Assembly: GCA_053919585.1 (NCBI GenBank)
Contig: CM132809.1
Reading direction: 5' to 3' (one strand)
DNA length: 64,000 nt
Source of the DNA: Euprymna scolopes
Taxonomy: Eukaryota
Within the stretch, counting starts at the first letter, position 1. Every line of letters starts with the position of its first letter. This document shows positions 24,139-37,353 of the stretch, one piece after another. The position numbers and the translations under genes were made by a program. The notes beneath the pieces were generated by a model. The model was not told the origin of the DNA and searched no databases. It saw only the letters and a list, made by a program, of their open reading frames with translations.

Positions 24139-24696
24139 TCGATTAAGCTATACTGAATATTCCGCGTTTCATCCACTCTAGGATTCTTCAAGCTTATGCG
24201 CCTGATATCTTTATATAGTCATCCAGAAACAGTACTGTTCCGTTGTTTACAGTTCAAAAAGAAAAGCAAGTGCTTCATGCTAGAATCGAAACTCGAGATG
24301 CTAGTCTGCGTCTCTAAACGTCAACAAATGTAAACATCTTTTAGCAAGTCACATATTTAATTTTTTTCGAATGCAGAAAATCCCAACGTAACAGGGCAAC
24401 GGCAATTACACCCTAAAAAAATGTACAGTATGGTGTGGAGTAACGGCGGATGAAGTAATCGGAATTGATGGATATTTGATCAACATCATTTTTCATAACT
24501 AAAATTTGACCTTCTGACAAACATACCCTAGATTAAGTTGCGTAAATAAAATTAAAATAAGTAGACTATTATAACGTACTATATCTCAAAACGTCACGGA
24601 GAGGCTCATCTACCTACATATGAAAATTGGTAAGCATAACTTATATATTGAGGAAGTTAATCAAATTGAAAATACGTCAGCTTCGTTTGGGACACC

Positions 24697-24775
<79 letters not shown>

Positions 24776-24871
24776 TACCTACAAACACTTAAATATTGAG
24801 GAAGTTAATCAAATTGAAAATACGTCAGCTTCGTTTGGGACACCCTGCATATTAACACTTAATAATCTTCT

Positions 24872-24912
24872 AACAGACTTAGTATTTCAAGCTTATGCAA
24901 TCATCAGTGTAG
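24872..24912 (-). ncRNA. Minimal hammerhead ribozyme motif, stems degenerate
   Basis: ACA-CTGATGA-ttgc-ataa-gctt-GAAA-tactaag-TC-TGT. Confidence 0.6.
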
Positions 24913-25154
24913 GAAGTAATAATTAATGTTGATCCGGGGTTATTTTAATTGAAACTTTTTCTTTAAATTATAAATTATATATAATAGTAATGGAAAAATA
25001 TTAATCAATGCTGTTGTTTTCTTGTTTGTCTTGAAATATCTATAAATCTCACATAGAGATCAAGTGTTAGCTCCTAGGAATCGGGGGATCTCCGGTACTA
25101 TAAATTAGATACAATATAATATTCAATAGCAGAATTGGCTCTCTGCATGAATTA

Positions 25155-25213
<59 letters not shown>

Positions 25214-25633
25214 CAGGGTGACCCCCCCCAAAAAAAAAGAAAAAAAAAGCTAAATGGAGGCCATCTAGAACATATGCTGTAGAACGGAGAAAAAAGGCCA
25301 AAGACCCTTGTGTTTTGATGTGATGTTTTGAATATAATAAACTAGTTATGACCAAAGTTTCATTTCATTCGGACAAAACGCTAAGAAATGGAGCCTAATT
25401 AGAGTTCCTATTTACAATGTCTCCCCACGGGACAGGGTTAGACACCAAGGTCGTTTTTTAATGTGGAGAAAAGGAACAAAAATTAAAATTGTCTCAGTCA
25501 TGAATGATTTCTCTTCCACTGACAGAGAACAAGAAATTGAAGTCCAGCATCTGAAGAACAGATACTACACTTTGATCTTGACTCGAGGGCCAAGCAACCT
25601 AATTAGAGTTGAGCCCGGGTTTTTGGGCCACCC

Positions 25634-25635
<2 letters not shown>
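25214..25635. mobile_element. Tc1/mariner-type MITE interrupted by a U2-derived element
   Basis: TA-CAGGGTG...CACCCT(A)-TA termini in a (TA)n context. Confidence 0.6.
25407..25597 (-). mobile_element. U2 snRNA-derived SINE-like element, full-length monomer (unit B, 191 bp)
   Basis: Minus strand begins TTGCTTGGCCCTCGAGTCAAGATCAAAGTGTAGTATCTGTTCTT; perfect 13-bp TSD CCTAATTAGAGTT at 25394-25406 and 25598-25610. Confidence 0.9.
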
Positions 25636-25691
<56 letters not shown>

Positions 25692-26469
25692 CGGACTTCA
25701 ACTGACAAAAATGACAAACTTTGTGATCTGATTCAACTATGAACAGAAAATCTTCCTCTTATCTCTGTTCCTCTTGCCTTTCTTTGTTATCCATATAGAG
25801 ATAATATAGCTTTTAGACGAATGTACTCATCGTATTGCATCAGACATTTTTTCAATTCGGAATTTACAAAAAAAAAAAAACTGATTCATAAATTTACGCA
25901 CTTCTACGCATTTTTACTGGACAATAACTAAAACCCTCATTGAAGTTTAATAGAAAGGAATTTGAATAACAAGGCATCGGATTTACGTCATTCGAAACAC
26001 TTGTGCCTTTATCTCCAAAGCTCTTCAGAAAGCTTCCGCACCAATAATCGCCCTGACCTGTAAACGTTCGATGCGACCTCGTACCGCAACGACAGGCTTT
26101 GTCCGTTGGTATCACTTTTAAATAGTATATTCAACGATAAACATGCAAGCGTGGGCGGTCAGCTTTGCCGGATCGTAAAATCAGCTTAAATATTTCTTCC
26201 AGAACGTTAACCACACCCAAATATCTTATAAAACTAATTAAATTTGGACTCCTGTTTCAATATCGATTCTTTTTTAATCTGATAAGGTGTTATTCTTGAA
26301 TTGGAATTCCACTGAAACATGTTTGCACATATGTAATCAATAATGTTTGTATAATGAACAGATTATATACTAGCTCTTTCCTGCATGGAGCACTCTTAAA
26401 TAATCACATGAGTTTCATTTGGTTTAGATCCAGGAAACAAATCCATGCAGCAATTTAAAGAAATCATTA

Positions 26470-27130
26470 GCTTGTGTCTTACAACACAGCCTCCCAAATT
26501 AAATTTTTTCGATCTGTTCTTAACTGTAGAAAGAGAGCACTTTTAAATAAGATTAAACAGTTAGTTGATTTGGGGAGTCGTATCAAATCTGTTTCTGACG
26601 CTGCGAACCTTGATAGCATTTTTTCCCTGTAAATAGCAACTCTAAGACGACCAGATTTAGGGAGATCACGGACACTGCCGGTGTTTTGGTACTTTTGCAC
26701 GGTCATTCGTCCCGTTTTCGTATCACATTTCAATCTGCGGCCAATTTCTTGATTGAATAAACCAGGAAAGTAGAAATTAATGAGCTCCTGACAATCACTA
26801 AGAGTAAGTCGAGGCATATGGACTAAATATTACGTTGTATAACATGGAACAACAACAATTACGATTAAACAATGGATATTTTAAACTGGTTTTAAGCTCG
26901 TTTGTTGCTCTGGAGTTTATTTTTGCCTTCTCGATTTGAAGTTAATTTTTTAAATTGACGTTGAACACTAGGATACATCAACAAAAGTCAAATATGAACA
27001 GGTAAAATCATAGAGGAATAAAATACGAATCAAATGAGGTATAGGTTGTTTGAACAGTAACAGTCAATTTAGCTTAAATTTGCGGTTTTTAAAAAATGAG
27101 AAAGTGCGGACTTTCTTTTTGGCGGTGCTG
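26470..27130 (-). mobile_element. Tc1 transposon 5' half (TIR plus N-terminal HTH remnant)
   Basis: ORF 26479-26817 QEIGRRLKC...TGSVRDLPKSGR; homologous to 38270-38898. Confidence 0.8.
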
Positions 27131-27136
27131 TATATA

Positions 27137-27668
27137 CAGGGTGTCCGTAAAGTTACTATACAGTCTTATTGTTTTACTGTATTATATTTGTATTAATAGT
27201 TAATATTTATTTTTTTACAGGTTTATTTAATCAAGCATGCCATGCAAGCTAACTTTGGAAGAGCGCAAATTTATTTTGAAGCGATATTGGAAAACAGAAA
27301 ACGCACAGGATGTAATTCGTGATTGGAATCATTATTTTAATACATATCCTCCAACACGTTTGGCTATTTATAAACTTCGAGACAAATTTGATGATACTGG
27401 CTCAGTAGCCGATGCTCCGCGTTCTGGTCGGCCAAGTGTGTGCACTGAACAAAATTTGGCTACAGTTGCTGAGGCATATGGCAGAAGCCCAAAGAAATCA
27501 CTTCGCCGTGCTATATTTCTGAGATTTTTATAAACATAAAGGTGTTATTACTTGTTATTTCTTTTGTTACAAATAAATATTTTAATACAATATCTTACTG
27601 TACTGTTAATATATTACAGGGTGTCTGTATAGTAACTTGTAAGGCTGTATAGTAACTTTACGGACACC

Positions 27669-27671
<3 letters not shown>
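27137..27671 (+). mobile_element. Internally deleted Tc1/mariner-superfamily element with perfect 27-bp TIRs
   Basis: CAGGGTGTCCGTAAAGTTACTATACAG and its exact reverse complement, TA flanks. Confidence 0.92.
27237..27533 (+). CDS. Truncated transposase, N-terminal DNA-binding HTH region only (98 aa)
   Basis: LTLEERKFIL...PTRLAIYKLRDKFDDTGSVADAPRSGRPS; catalytic domain absent. Confidence 0.7.
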   Translation: MPCKLTLEERKFILKRYWKTENAQDVIRDWNHYFNTYPPTRLAIYKLRDKFDDTGSVADAPRSGRPSVCTEQNLATVAEAYGRSPKKSLRRAIFLRFL

Positions 27672-27730
<59 letters not shown>

Positions 27731-27777
27731 TATTTTATTGGAATTTCATTATTGAAATGAGTATTTATTACTTTTTA

Positions 27778-27930
27778 TTTATTGCGGACTATTATCCTCA
27801 TCTTTTTAGTTGTTGCTTCATGATGTTTTGGCACACCTATTCCTCTGGCCTTCGTCAGGCCAGAGGAATAGTTGGCCGAAACGTCGTGAAACAACACCTA
27901 AGAAAGATGAGGATAATAGTCCCCAATAAA
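27778..27930. repeat. Palindrome of a Penelope-type hammerhead-like tail
   Basis: Minus CTGACGA-aggcc..; plus aggcc..ggcc-GAAA-cgtcgTG; arms extend to GATGAGGATAATAGTCC. Confidence 0.75.
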
Positions 27931-27937
27931 TAAATAA

Positions 27938-27993
<56 letters not shown>

Positions 27994-27997
<4 letters not shown>

Positions 27998-28210
27998 GTT
28001 GTTTTTGTTTTACGGCATATCAACCCTTTTTAATGCCGAATCCAAAGATTTTGAAGAAAAAAATTTTAATAGAATATATTTGTTGTTTTCAAGTCGGTTT
28101 CTATTTAACCCATAGTTGGGACCCTTAAAGGTACTACCACTCCGGGTCAGAGTGGACCTGGGAGCAATGGTAATTAAAGGGTGGCTTCACACTCCCCAAA
28201 TCCCTAAAGG
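27994..28210 (+). repeat. Interspersed SINE-like repeat (same family as 17098-17325)
   Basis: Direct homology. Confidence 0.8.
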
Positions 28211-28916
28211 TCCTAACATTAAAAACACCAAAGAGAATGTTATCCAAGTATTAGTTATTAAATTTGTGACCATTTATTTTTAGTTTTCTTCTATAAATTA
28301 TATGTTTATTGAAATAAACTGTTTCTATGGATGTCTATTTTTTCTGTCAAATCTGCGTATATAACAAATGAACATAAAAAAACCATGTATAGATGTTTTT
28401 CTCGCATTCTGCTATCGTAGCGATTTTTTTAACTCGTACACATTTTGATTGCTTCACCAGGCTTATGTTTGAAATAGAATTTTGTTGTAATTTTACGCTT
28501 TTATTCCACATACGAGTTGGATTTGCTTATATTCGAACTTGCATTACATTAATCTAAATATTTAAGTTCGAAACTAATTTCATTGACCTTTCATGCTTAA
28601 GTTCGAATTAGTATTTTCCTCGATCTGACGTGCTTCATATAGTATTCCCCCCCCACCAAAAAAAAAAAAAAAAAAAAAGGCGCAGCTTGTATGAAACTCG
28701 CTTAAGTGTGAAAGTGCGAAAGGCATACCAGTGTCTGTCCTTAAATTTGTTCATGAATTTTAGCGGAAGAGGTGTGAAAATATCGAAATTAAGGCTAAGA
28801 AAGAATTAAGCAGTTATTTTTATAATGTTTGACTCTTCCCAGTTTATGAGATTTCAAACCAATTTAAATTATATTGAAGAAAAGGGCAATATGTTGAAGG
28901 GCGGGTAATATCCATT

Positions 28917-29216
28917 CATATAACAATAGTTTGTAAGGTTTCCGGGACCTAATATGTTGTAACCTTAGTCACAAAGTAAACAAAGAATTGAAAAGAACTT
29001 TAACTCGATTTTTTTTGTACAAGGGCATTTATTTCCTCATTCTCTCGTATCCACTCTGACATTCCTCATATGATCGTATTTCCGAACGTGCTCTCGAACG
29101 TGGCTCACGCCTCTAACGTGATCTTGAAAGTGCTTCATTTCTCTAACGTGATAGTCCTTTATTTTCCCTATCAGTGACGTCATATTGCATGCATTTGTGT
29201 CCGCGCTATATTACAA
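28917..29216 (-). mobile_element. Solo LTR-like repeat
   Basis: Minus strand TGTAA...TTGTTA; shares TGACGTCA and TCACGTTAGAG blocks with the 8938/35829/44227 family. Confidence 0.55.
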
Positions 29217-29713
29217 GTTACAAAAAAAAAAATCATAAATCAATCAGCATGCATATATATCTCTCNNNNNNNNNNNNNNNNNNNNNNNNNNNNNNNNNNN
29301 NNNNNNNNNNNNNNNNNNNNNNNNNNNNNNNNNNNNNNNNNNNNNNNNNNNNNNNNNNNNNNNNNNNNNNNNNNNNNNNNNNNNNNNNNNNNNNAACTGA
29401 AAATGTTAAAAATCTACGAAGACGGGAGTGGTGCCATTAAAACGAGCAGTCTTTCATGTTCCAGAATTATTTTTCTACGCAGTCACAATTTTAAACGAAC
29501 ATTTGCCAGGAATTCAATTCTCCTTTTGCCACACGTCAATCACAGATGTTTCTTTTTTTAGAGTCTTACATTGTCAATATCTGCAAGAGGGAAATGAAGC
29601 TTTACGTCATGAAAGCATAAGTTCACTCATCATAAAAATGAAATTCGCAATACTCTCCCTCTAATCAATATTAGCGGGATAAAGAATTTGAAGCATTACT
29701 TGTGCAACTCCCG

Positions 29714-29782
<69 letters not shown>

Positions 29783-30848
29783 CTAGACTACCCGTGATCC
29801 GTTGAGTCAGCATATGTTATAGCTAGCTATGGAATAATGAGTATACAGAATTAATGTATAAATGGCAAGTGAGTGTACAGAATTAATGTATCAGCGCGCA
29901 AAAATTGAATGCGAGCACGCGCGAAAACAAACGTGGGGACCCGGGGACTCGGGGACCCGGGAAACAATACGCAATTTCGCAAGCACGCAAAAATAGAATG
30001 TACGCACGAAAATAAACTTGGATGACTAAACAATACAGAATACACAGGATAATAAAGTGCTTAACATTATTGTCCTTACATTAAGTAATTTTAAAAAAAA
30101 TGTATATAAGAGGGGTTTAATCCGTTGAAAAAATTGACACAAAAAAGAAAAGAATAAAAATACAAGGAGAGAGTGTGCAGTGTACAGGTCCACCCTAGTT
30201 TTGTGTGTGTGTGTGTGTGTGTGTATGTGTGTATGTGTTTGTGTGTGTTAAAAGCCTTAAAATATCAGGAGATAGTAATTAACTGATTAAGTAATGTTTA
30301 ACGGTTAGACTTTTTCAAAGCAAATTCTTAAAAAATTAAAAAAAGCCCCCCACACACGTTTTGAAGTGTTTCTACGTATTTTTACAATGTGATGAACTTA
30401 TGACTCCACCCCCACCCCATTTCCTCTTTCCGCCCTGCATGCCCGCCACCAAACTTAGAAAAATGCTAAACATAACATGTCTCGCTACGTCGCTAAGAAG
30501 TGGGGTATCATTTTACGCTAAATTTATATAGGAACATGATTCCCCACGCTAAATGTTACATTTTTATTATTAAAAAAAATCCTTTAGAAAATCTATAAAA
30601 GCCGTTGAAACGGGTTAACCAAATAAAGTAGATTTGGATTTGTTTTTAGGAGGAAAACTTTGCTGGGTTGTGTCGTAACAAACACAAATATATATTTTTT
30701 TTAATATGTAAATTGATCAATTGATTTAAAAAAATTAGAATTACATTACTCTGCAAAATATCTAGCTAATTTGCATATTAATTATTAATTAATTAATTCC
30801 CTTTTAGATTTTTCGGCTTTCTTATTCGATGATCATCGTTAGTTAACT

Positions 30849-32038
30849 ACTAGTATGACCTGTTAACCGGCGTTGCCCGATGGAAGCCTGCCCTCTCTCG
30901 CAAAAAAATAAACTACGGTTGGTGGTGGTGGCCACTGCCGTCTCTGAACAATTGCGTACAATGGCAGCTGTGGCGGAAATGAAATAATCTGGATTTCACT
31001 GGCGATTAGTGCTGTTTTTTTTGGGTGGGGGGAATACCATCCAGCTACTCTTTGAATAAAAAAAGCAATTAAGAGAATGTGTAAATCAGTATGAATTAAT
31101 AAATTATGAAAAGTAGTCCAATGGAAAGTAAAAACAGAAGGTTTAGAGGGAAGGGATTCTTACTCTATATAAACTGTTAAAAGTGATCGAAATCAGTGGT
31201 AGCAGTCCTAGCCTTTTCTGTTTGTTGTTCAAGTCTTCCTCTTCTTTTAAACCCTTCTACCAATAGTATTAAAGTAAATTCTAATTTTATGTCGTTTTTT
31301 CTTTTTTGTAAAATAAAACGATTACGACATTTTCACTTCACTTGTTTGAGTATTGTCACGTTAAGAACAGCATTTGAAATACACAATCAAAACTCCGCAT
31401 GTTAAAAACGGCTTTCGGAATAGAAACCATTAACTTCCACATCTGAAGAATGGCGTTCAGAATAGACACCCCACACCCCTATGCAAAGAACGGCTTTCGA
31501 GGTAGAAAACTCCTTTTTTTGGGGGGGTGAGGGGAATAATTTCTCCAAATTTAACTGTGATATTATTTGTCAGTTTACCATCCGCTAATGCTAAAAATCG
31601 GGTTGAAATGTCGGCAAGAGAGCAGTAGATTTGTTTACGCGTGTGCGTACAAACCTAGGAACCAGGGAATTACAGTGCATAATACAGGTCTTTATATCTC
31701 TATAAGTGCTTGTCTCCGCAATATTTGAATGAGATTTTCTTAATCAGCATAGTCGAAAACCCATATGTCACCATTCTAAAGAAAATTGTGGAAGTAGACC
31801 TAATGTACAAATTTACAAAAAAAAGTTAACGTGTGATCAATGTTGAGAATTCAGTAGATGATATTGCCGAAACATATTTTTAATTCGGCGACAGTCGTAA
31901 TAAATTGTGCAGTATATTTAAATAAAGTACCTATAAAAAACGTATATTTAAATAAAGTACCTATAAAAAACGTAACTATGTTTTAAAAAAAATAATTACT
32001 GGAACAAATGTACAAAGCGAGCGAGAGAGGGAGAGAGT

Positions 32039-32082
<44 letters not shown>

Positions 32083-32281
32083 AAATTTTTGTTATATTTT
32101 TTTGTCGGTATCTCCGTAAAATGTTCTTTTTTTCGGCGTAAAAAGAAATGTAAAAATCGCACGAGAGAAAGAGAGAGAGAGCAGGAGACAGGGAGAGAAA
32201 GAGAAAGATCGCACGAGAGAAAAAGAGAGAGCGAGCGAGCGACATGGATAAAGAGTTGGAAAGAATATATACCGAGAAAGA

Positions 32282-32327
<46 letters not shown>

Positions 32328-32530
32328 AAATGTAAACTTACGCCGTAAAATGTAAGAAAATAAACGTAGCAATTTACTCAGCGGCAAAAGTAGGTATCAT
32401 GGCGACGCCATATTTGAATGGTACATAAGCGTTCGTTTAGCATACGAATACAACTAATCTGGAATATAGGCACGGTCAGAGCTCAGCCAATCAAATTGAG
32501 CGGAATAAGTCCGGGGAGACTATTATTTAG
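30849..32530 (-). mobile_element. Possible non-autonomous Helitron
   Basis: TCTAAATAATAG 5'-like end at 32530 and hairpin plus CTAGT 3'-like end at ~30849; pairing of the two ends is inferred. Confidence 0.35.
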
Positions 32531-33662
32531 AATCGGAAAAGGAAAAGATTGTGTTATGTCTATGAGTTCGTGATGCAGTTACAAAGTGTGAAACCCCATA
32601 TATGTTGAAAGTGCATAATTTCCCCCGCTGGTGACTGGGTGCGGTATGGAGACTTGATATTTAGAAGGAAAAATAAACTACTTCCTCTAAAGATGGTTGT
32701 GATTGTGGTGATGCTGCTCCAAGGAAAAAGTGTAGGATTTTATTAGAATAACTAAATGTGTCTAAAATATCGTTCTAATGTTACATAAGATAATGGCTAA
32801 TAGTCTAGCCATAATTAATTTATATGTGGCATCAGTTGTTGCAAACCTACGGTACTTTAGTTCAGAGGGGAATTCTGCAATTAAAATTCTATATATGGAG
32901 ATTCTATGTAATTATATTCATACATATATTATACATGATTTATACTTACGTCATATTTGCGTATAAAGGTTATAGTAAACACAAACCTCTTTTATATATA
33001 TTTATGTATGCGCATATATATTTGTTTAAAAAAATTTTGCCTTCCAAACTGCTCTTCCAGTTTTAGATATACAAACATGAAACTTAATATAATAGGGTAG
33101 GGTAGGGAACATACGAAACTTCATTTCAGTTTTAGCCGGGGAAAATCTGTGCAAATGTGTGAAAATTTAAAAAAAATGGAATTTTCCAGATAATGGTCAG
33201 ACGACGGCATTACTAAATATGTATGTGTAACGCAATAGCTATTGGGTCATGTTTTAATTTTTAGTTTTTAAGCAAACATTTCTTTATAGCTCAAGGATTA
33301 ACGGCAAAGGAAAGAGTAAGTCGTAAGCTAAACGTTTCGATTCTTGGTGGTGGTTGTGCACAAGTCATTAAAAAAACTTTTTAGATCATTACTATATATT
33401 GGGTTCAACGTAATATAATAATAAATTAGAAATCTGCATTAATCAAAATATCACCTTTAATCGTATTTTACGACCGGGCAANNNNNNNNNNNNNNNNNNN
33501 NNNNNNNNNNNNNNNNNNNNNNNNNNNNNNNNNNNNNNNNNNNNNNNNNNNNNNNNNNNNNNNNNNNNNNNNNNNNNNNNNNNNNNNNNNNNNNNNNNNN
33601 NNNNNNNNNNNTGGCTTCTGTCGCCGGATTCAAATTTATCGACTGGTGTTAATCGTGACGCA

Positions 33663-33706
33663 GTGCACTGATGATTCCCGAAAGGATGAAACACTAGTGT
33701 CTGTAG
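33663..33706 (+). ncRNA. Minimal type I hammerhead ribozyme with intact core
   Basis: TGCA-CTGATGA-TTCC-cgaaa-GGAT-GAAA-CACTAGTG-TC-TGTA; GUC cleavage site at 33701, palindromic stem III. Confidence 0.8.
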
Positions 33707-33766
33707 GTATTTACTAATTCTTATAGTAAAATAATTATATATATATGTATATATATATATATATAT

Positions 33767-33819
<53 letters not shown>

Positions 33820-36012
33820 TCATGCAATAAGTTTGCAGACCTTTTAGTACAGTCATTTAAATTTGTCAGGAACTCCTGAAAATGCAGTATGTTATTGCTA
33901 TACATGTCATGAGATAAAACAAGAATTAGAATAAACCCTACTATATAATCTATTTTGCTGAATACACTTTTTCCTGTCAATCACGCTACGCAAAATATGC
34001 AATGTAAAATGATGCACCAAATTTACATAATATTTCGCTCTTCAAAACAAAATGAAACCTAAACTCTTGGAACTTAGCCTACTAGTCACTCTTTCATTGT
34101 AATTGTTTCATCTGGAACACTTCTCTTCAAGGTTGCCCGGTTCTTCTCAATAACTGCTCATATTAAGAACACAATACCAACTAAATTCAAAATTTTCGTT
34201 TTCACGTTCAATGGAAACACATATTTGTTTTACCGTTAACCTAAATAATCAAACTGTGCTCTGTTCAAATCGTTTTTCAAATACTTCTCGAACAAATTCA
34301 TTTATCCTAATCCTCGGGAGTTGTTTAAGCCTGGATAAACATTGATTTTTCCTACATAAAAATAAAATCAGCTACTTTATCAATCAACGATGTTCGACGT
34401 TTATTTTTATTAATTTATACATTTTTGGCTTTTGTGAATATTACTTTTATATTTTTCCTTTCTTTATTATTAAAAAACTTTGGTTTTGGTATATTTATTT
34501 TCATACGAAGATACGGGCATCTATAATATCCGGGAGGCAGCTCCGTTGGTGGCCATCTTTGTTCAAGCCTTCTTTGATTTTAACACATCAGATGAAGGAT
34601 TTGCTTTCTCGGGAACCTGAATGCCTCATTGAAGGACACGTGATTATCACTAGAGTATTTTTTTGTTTTTTTGTTTTTTTTTGTCCATTGGAATTTTATA
34701 ATGCACCTAATTGTTGAACATACACATTCAAAAGCAGTTATCATATCTCTCTCACGGCAGGAAGATATGATGCAAGTATCTGAAAACGGGATTAAAGAGC
34801 CAGCGTCCTAAAGAAATAGCTCCTATTGGCATTCTCCGGTAGGGGCGCATCGGATGATTAATAATCCACTAGCTCTTTCTCAAAGGGAGTAGGTTAAAGT
34901 CTGAAAGGGTTGAGCTGTAAGAATTGCACTCAATCAGCAATATATCGAAGTCAATGATGAAAAATCATTTTAATAAAAATGATTCTAACTCTGTTGGCTT
35001 TATTGTCTTAGGGAAATTATTTAATTATTACTAGCAGGGTCATCCAGAGTTGCTCGGGACTGTATAAAACAATGTAAAAAAATATGAAGTTGATGTTGAA
35101 CATACCTGTTATTCTTAGGATAGAGGAATTTTTGATGTCTATGTATCATTTGTCATTTCGAGCCTAAGAATATTTTACCTACCCTAGGACGGGTATGACA
35201 CAATATACCCATGAGACAATTGTAACTCCCGTAAGACAGGAAATTTACAGCACGTATATGAAAAAAAAAAAAATTAAGGTGGGTAATGTACAACGCACAT
35301 TAAAAATAATAATTTACTGTTGTGCTAACTTTTCTGCATGTCACAGGTAAACGTTTGTTTGTTTTTGCATCAGACTGCTATAGTGAAGAAGCACCTTATT
35401 TCTTATATAAATGTCGTACTACTCGAATATATTATACGATTTTCGATTTTGATAACTTATGAACGTAACAGTTAAGATTTTCTTCGTTTTTCACATGGGT
35501 ATTATACTGTACAAGTACCTTATTTCCTGGGTAGGATACTGTACAAGTATCTTTTTTCTAATTTAAAAATGAGAAAACTCGATACTTTGAAGTAATTTTC
35601 TGTTGTGCTAAATTTTTTGTACGTCGTTTCTGTAGTTTATAAGAGAAGACTATATTACTTTATGAGAGCTAACTGCAAACACGTATTCAAACTAACTTAG
35701 ACTGGGAGGACTGACGGGAGAAATCATCAACAAGATTACCACTGAGAATACTGTGACCTTGTATAGACTAATTGCTACTCAAGTTAAAAAAAAAAACGAT
35801 AGATCGATAGTAAACAGCAGTTCGAATTGTAACAGATCGCGGATGTGTGCATGGCGCCTATATGCAAATACCGAGCCGTGTGCAAAAATGACGCCACGGT
35901 AAGGAAAAAGGAAAAAGACTATAAAAAGAAAAGAGAACACGTTAGAGAATATGATCACGTTAGAGACGTGGATGACTTAACAGCTGTAACGAAAAGTCAC
36001 GCGTGACGGGAG

Positions 36013-36612
36013 AATTCATTCCTCTTTCATAATCTTTGTCTCCTTTGCAACTGTTCCCACATCTGGGCAGGAGCTGCTAGAAAGGACTTGTCCTGCCTTG
36101 ATAGAATTCAAAATAGACTTCGTAGCCTCGTAGGAGATGTCCTTTTCTCTTCTCTGAAACCTCTATCTCACAGAAGAGATGTTGCCAGTTTGTCTCTGAT
36201 GTATCGTTATTTTCATGGAAAGTGTTCGACTGAGCTTCAATCTATGGTCCCCCCCCTCGCCAAACTTTTACAAGAAACACTTGTCTAGCTGAAAACACTA
36301 TCAATAATCCCCCCACTCTTTATCTGTGCCTAAACCTAAACGTAGATTCCATGAACAAAGCTTCTTTCTTAGAACTGCACGCCCGTGGAATTGTCTTCCG
36401 TTTTCCTGCTTTCCGGCGGACTACAATATGGTTGTCTTCAAGTCTAACGTAAATAAGTTCTTGATGAGCCGTTCCATATAAGTTATCAAATTTACCAAAT
36501 TTTCATTACTAATGATTACTATATTGTCCAATTTCTACTGTGCACTCTTTAACCCTTATCCTTGAGTGGCCTCTTGGCCTTGATAATGTGGTGATGCCTA
36601 TGTAAAAAAAAA
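36013..36612 (+). mobile_element. CR1/L2-group LINE 3' fragment following an LTR fragment (35829-36012)
   Basis: ORF 36088-36288; A-tail; same 5' junction as 44428. Confidence 0.9.
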
Positions 36613-37130
36613 CATAGCGTGAAATATGTGTGTGTAGCGCGCATGTGCTGCTTAGTGTGTTTGTCGGAGTCGAGAGCTGCTAAAGAAAGACTGGATTTTT
36701 TTGTACATCTCTTCTCATATCACGCAATTTACTATTGGAAAATATGAGATAATTTGTGTTTGAAACGCCCTTTGGTTAATGTGTAAAAAAGACGTAAGTA
36801 AAGCTATACATGCTTATGCAAACCCGCAGTAGCGATGCAGATTTTCTGCTAGCCTTATGAACGGAAATAAATGCGCACATTGACTTACACATTTGCACAT
36901 TTGCAATGCTAGTCCATGTTGCAGACGTTATTGTCCTGGAATTTGAGAAGAATATGCATGCAAAATAAAGCTTGTTTAGATGAAGTTTTTGTTGTTCTTT
37001 AAATAGTGAAAGAACATCACGTGTTTCAGGAGAAATACAAAAACTTTGCCTTCAACCAAACCAATAAAATTGGTATTCTCGCCATGTTTCTCCTGCTATG
37101 GTGTTTTATTGTAAATGGGAATAATTGTTT

Positions 37131-37181
<51 letters not shown>

Positions 37182-37286
37182 GTCTTGACACGTGTTTCGC
37201 TTTAATACAACACATGAGTGTGGCTGAATTTTGCGAGTTTCACCATAGATATCTGAACGTTTTTATAGGCCAAAACCAAAAAGCAA

Positions 37287-37336
<50 letters not shown>

Positions 37337-37353
37337 ATAATAATAATAATATA

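Noticed and set aside
25540-25597. Functional U2 snRNA gene
   Set aside because: Stem IIa is replaced, the stem IV loop is not recognisable, and the copy is TSD-flanked inside a MITE
29782-30199. Element with CTAGT ends on both sides
   Set aside because: May be two Helitron 3' fragments, but the hairpins are weak and no 5' ends were found
31976-32387. RE/SL-rich ORFs
   Set aside because: Translations of (GA)n repeats
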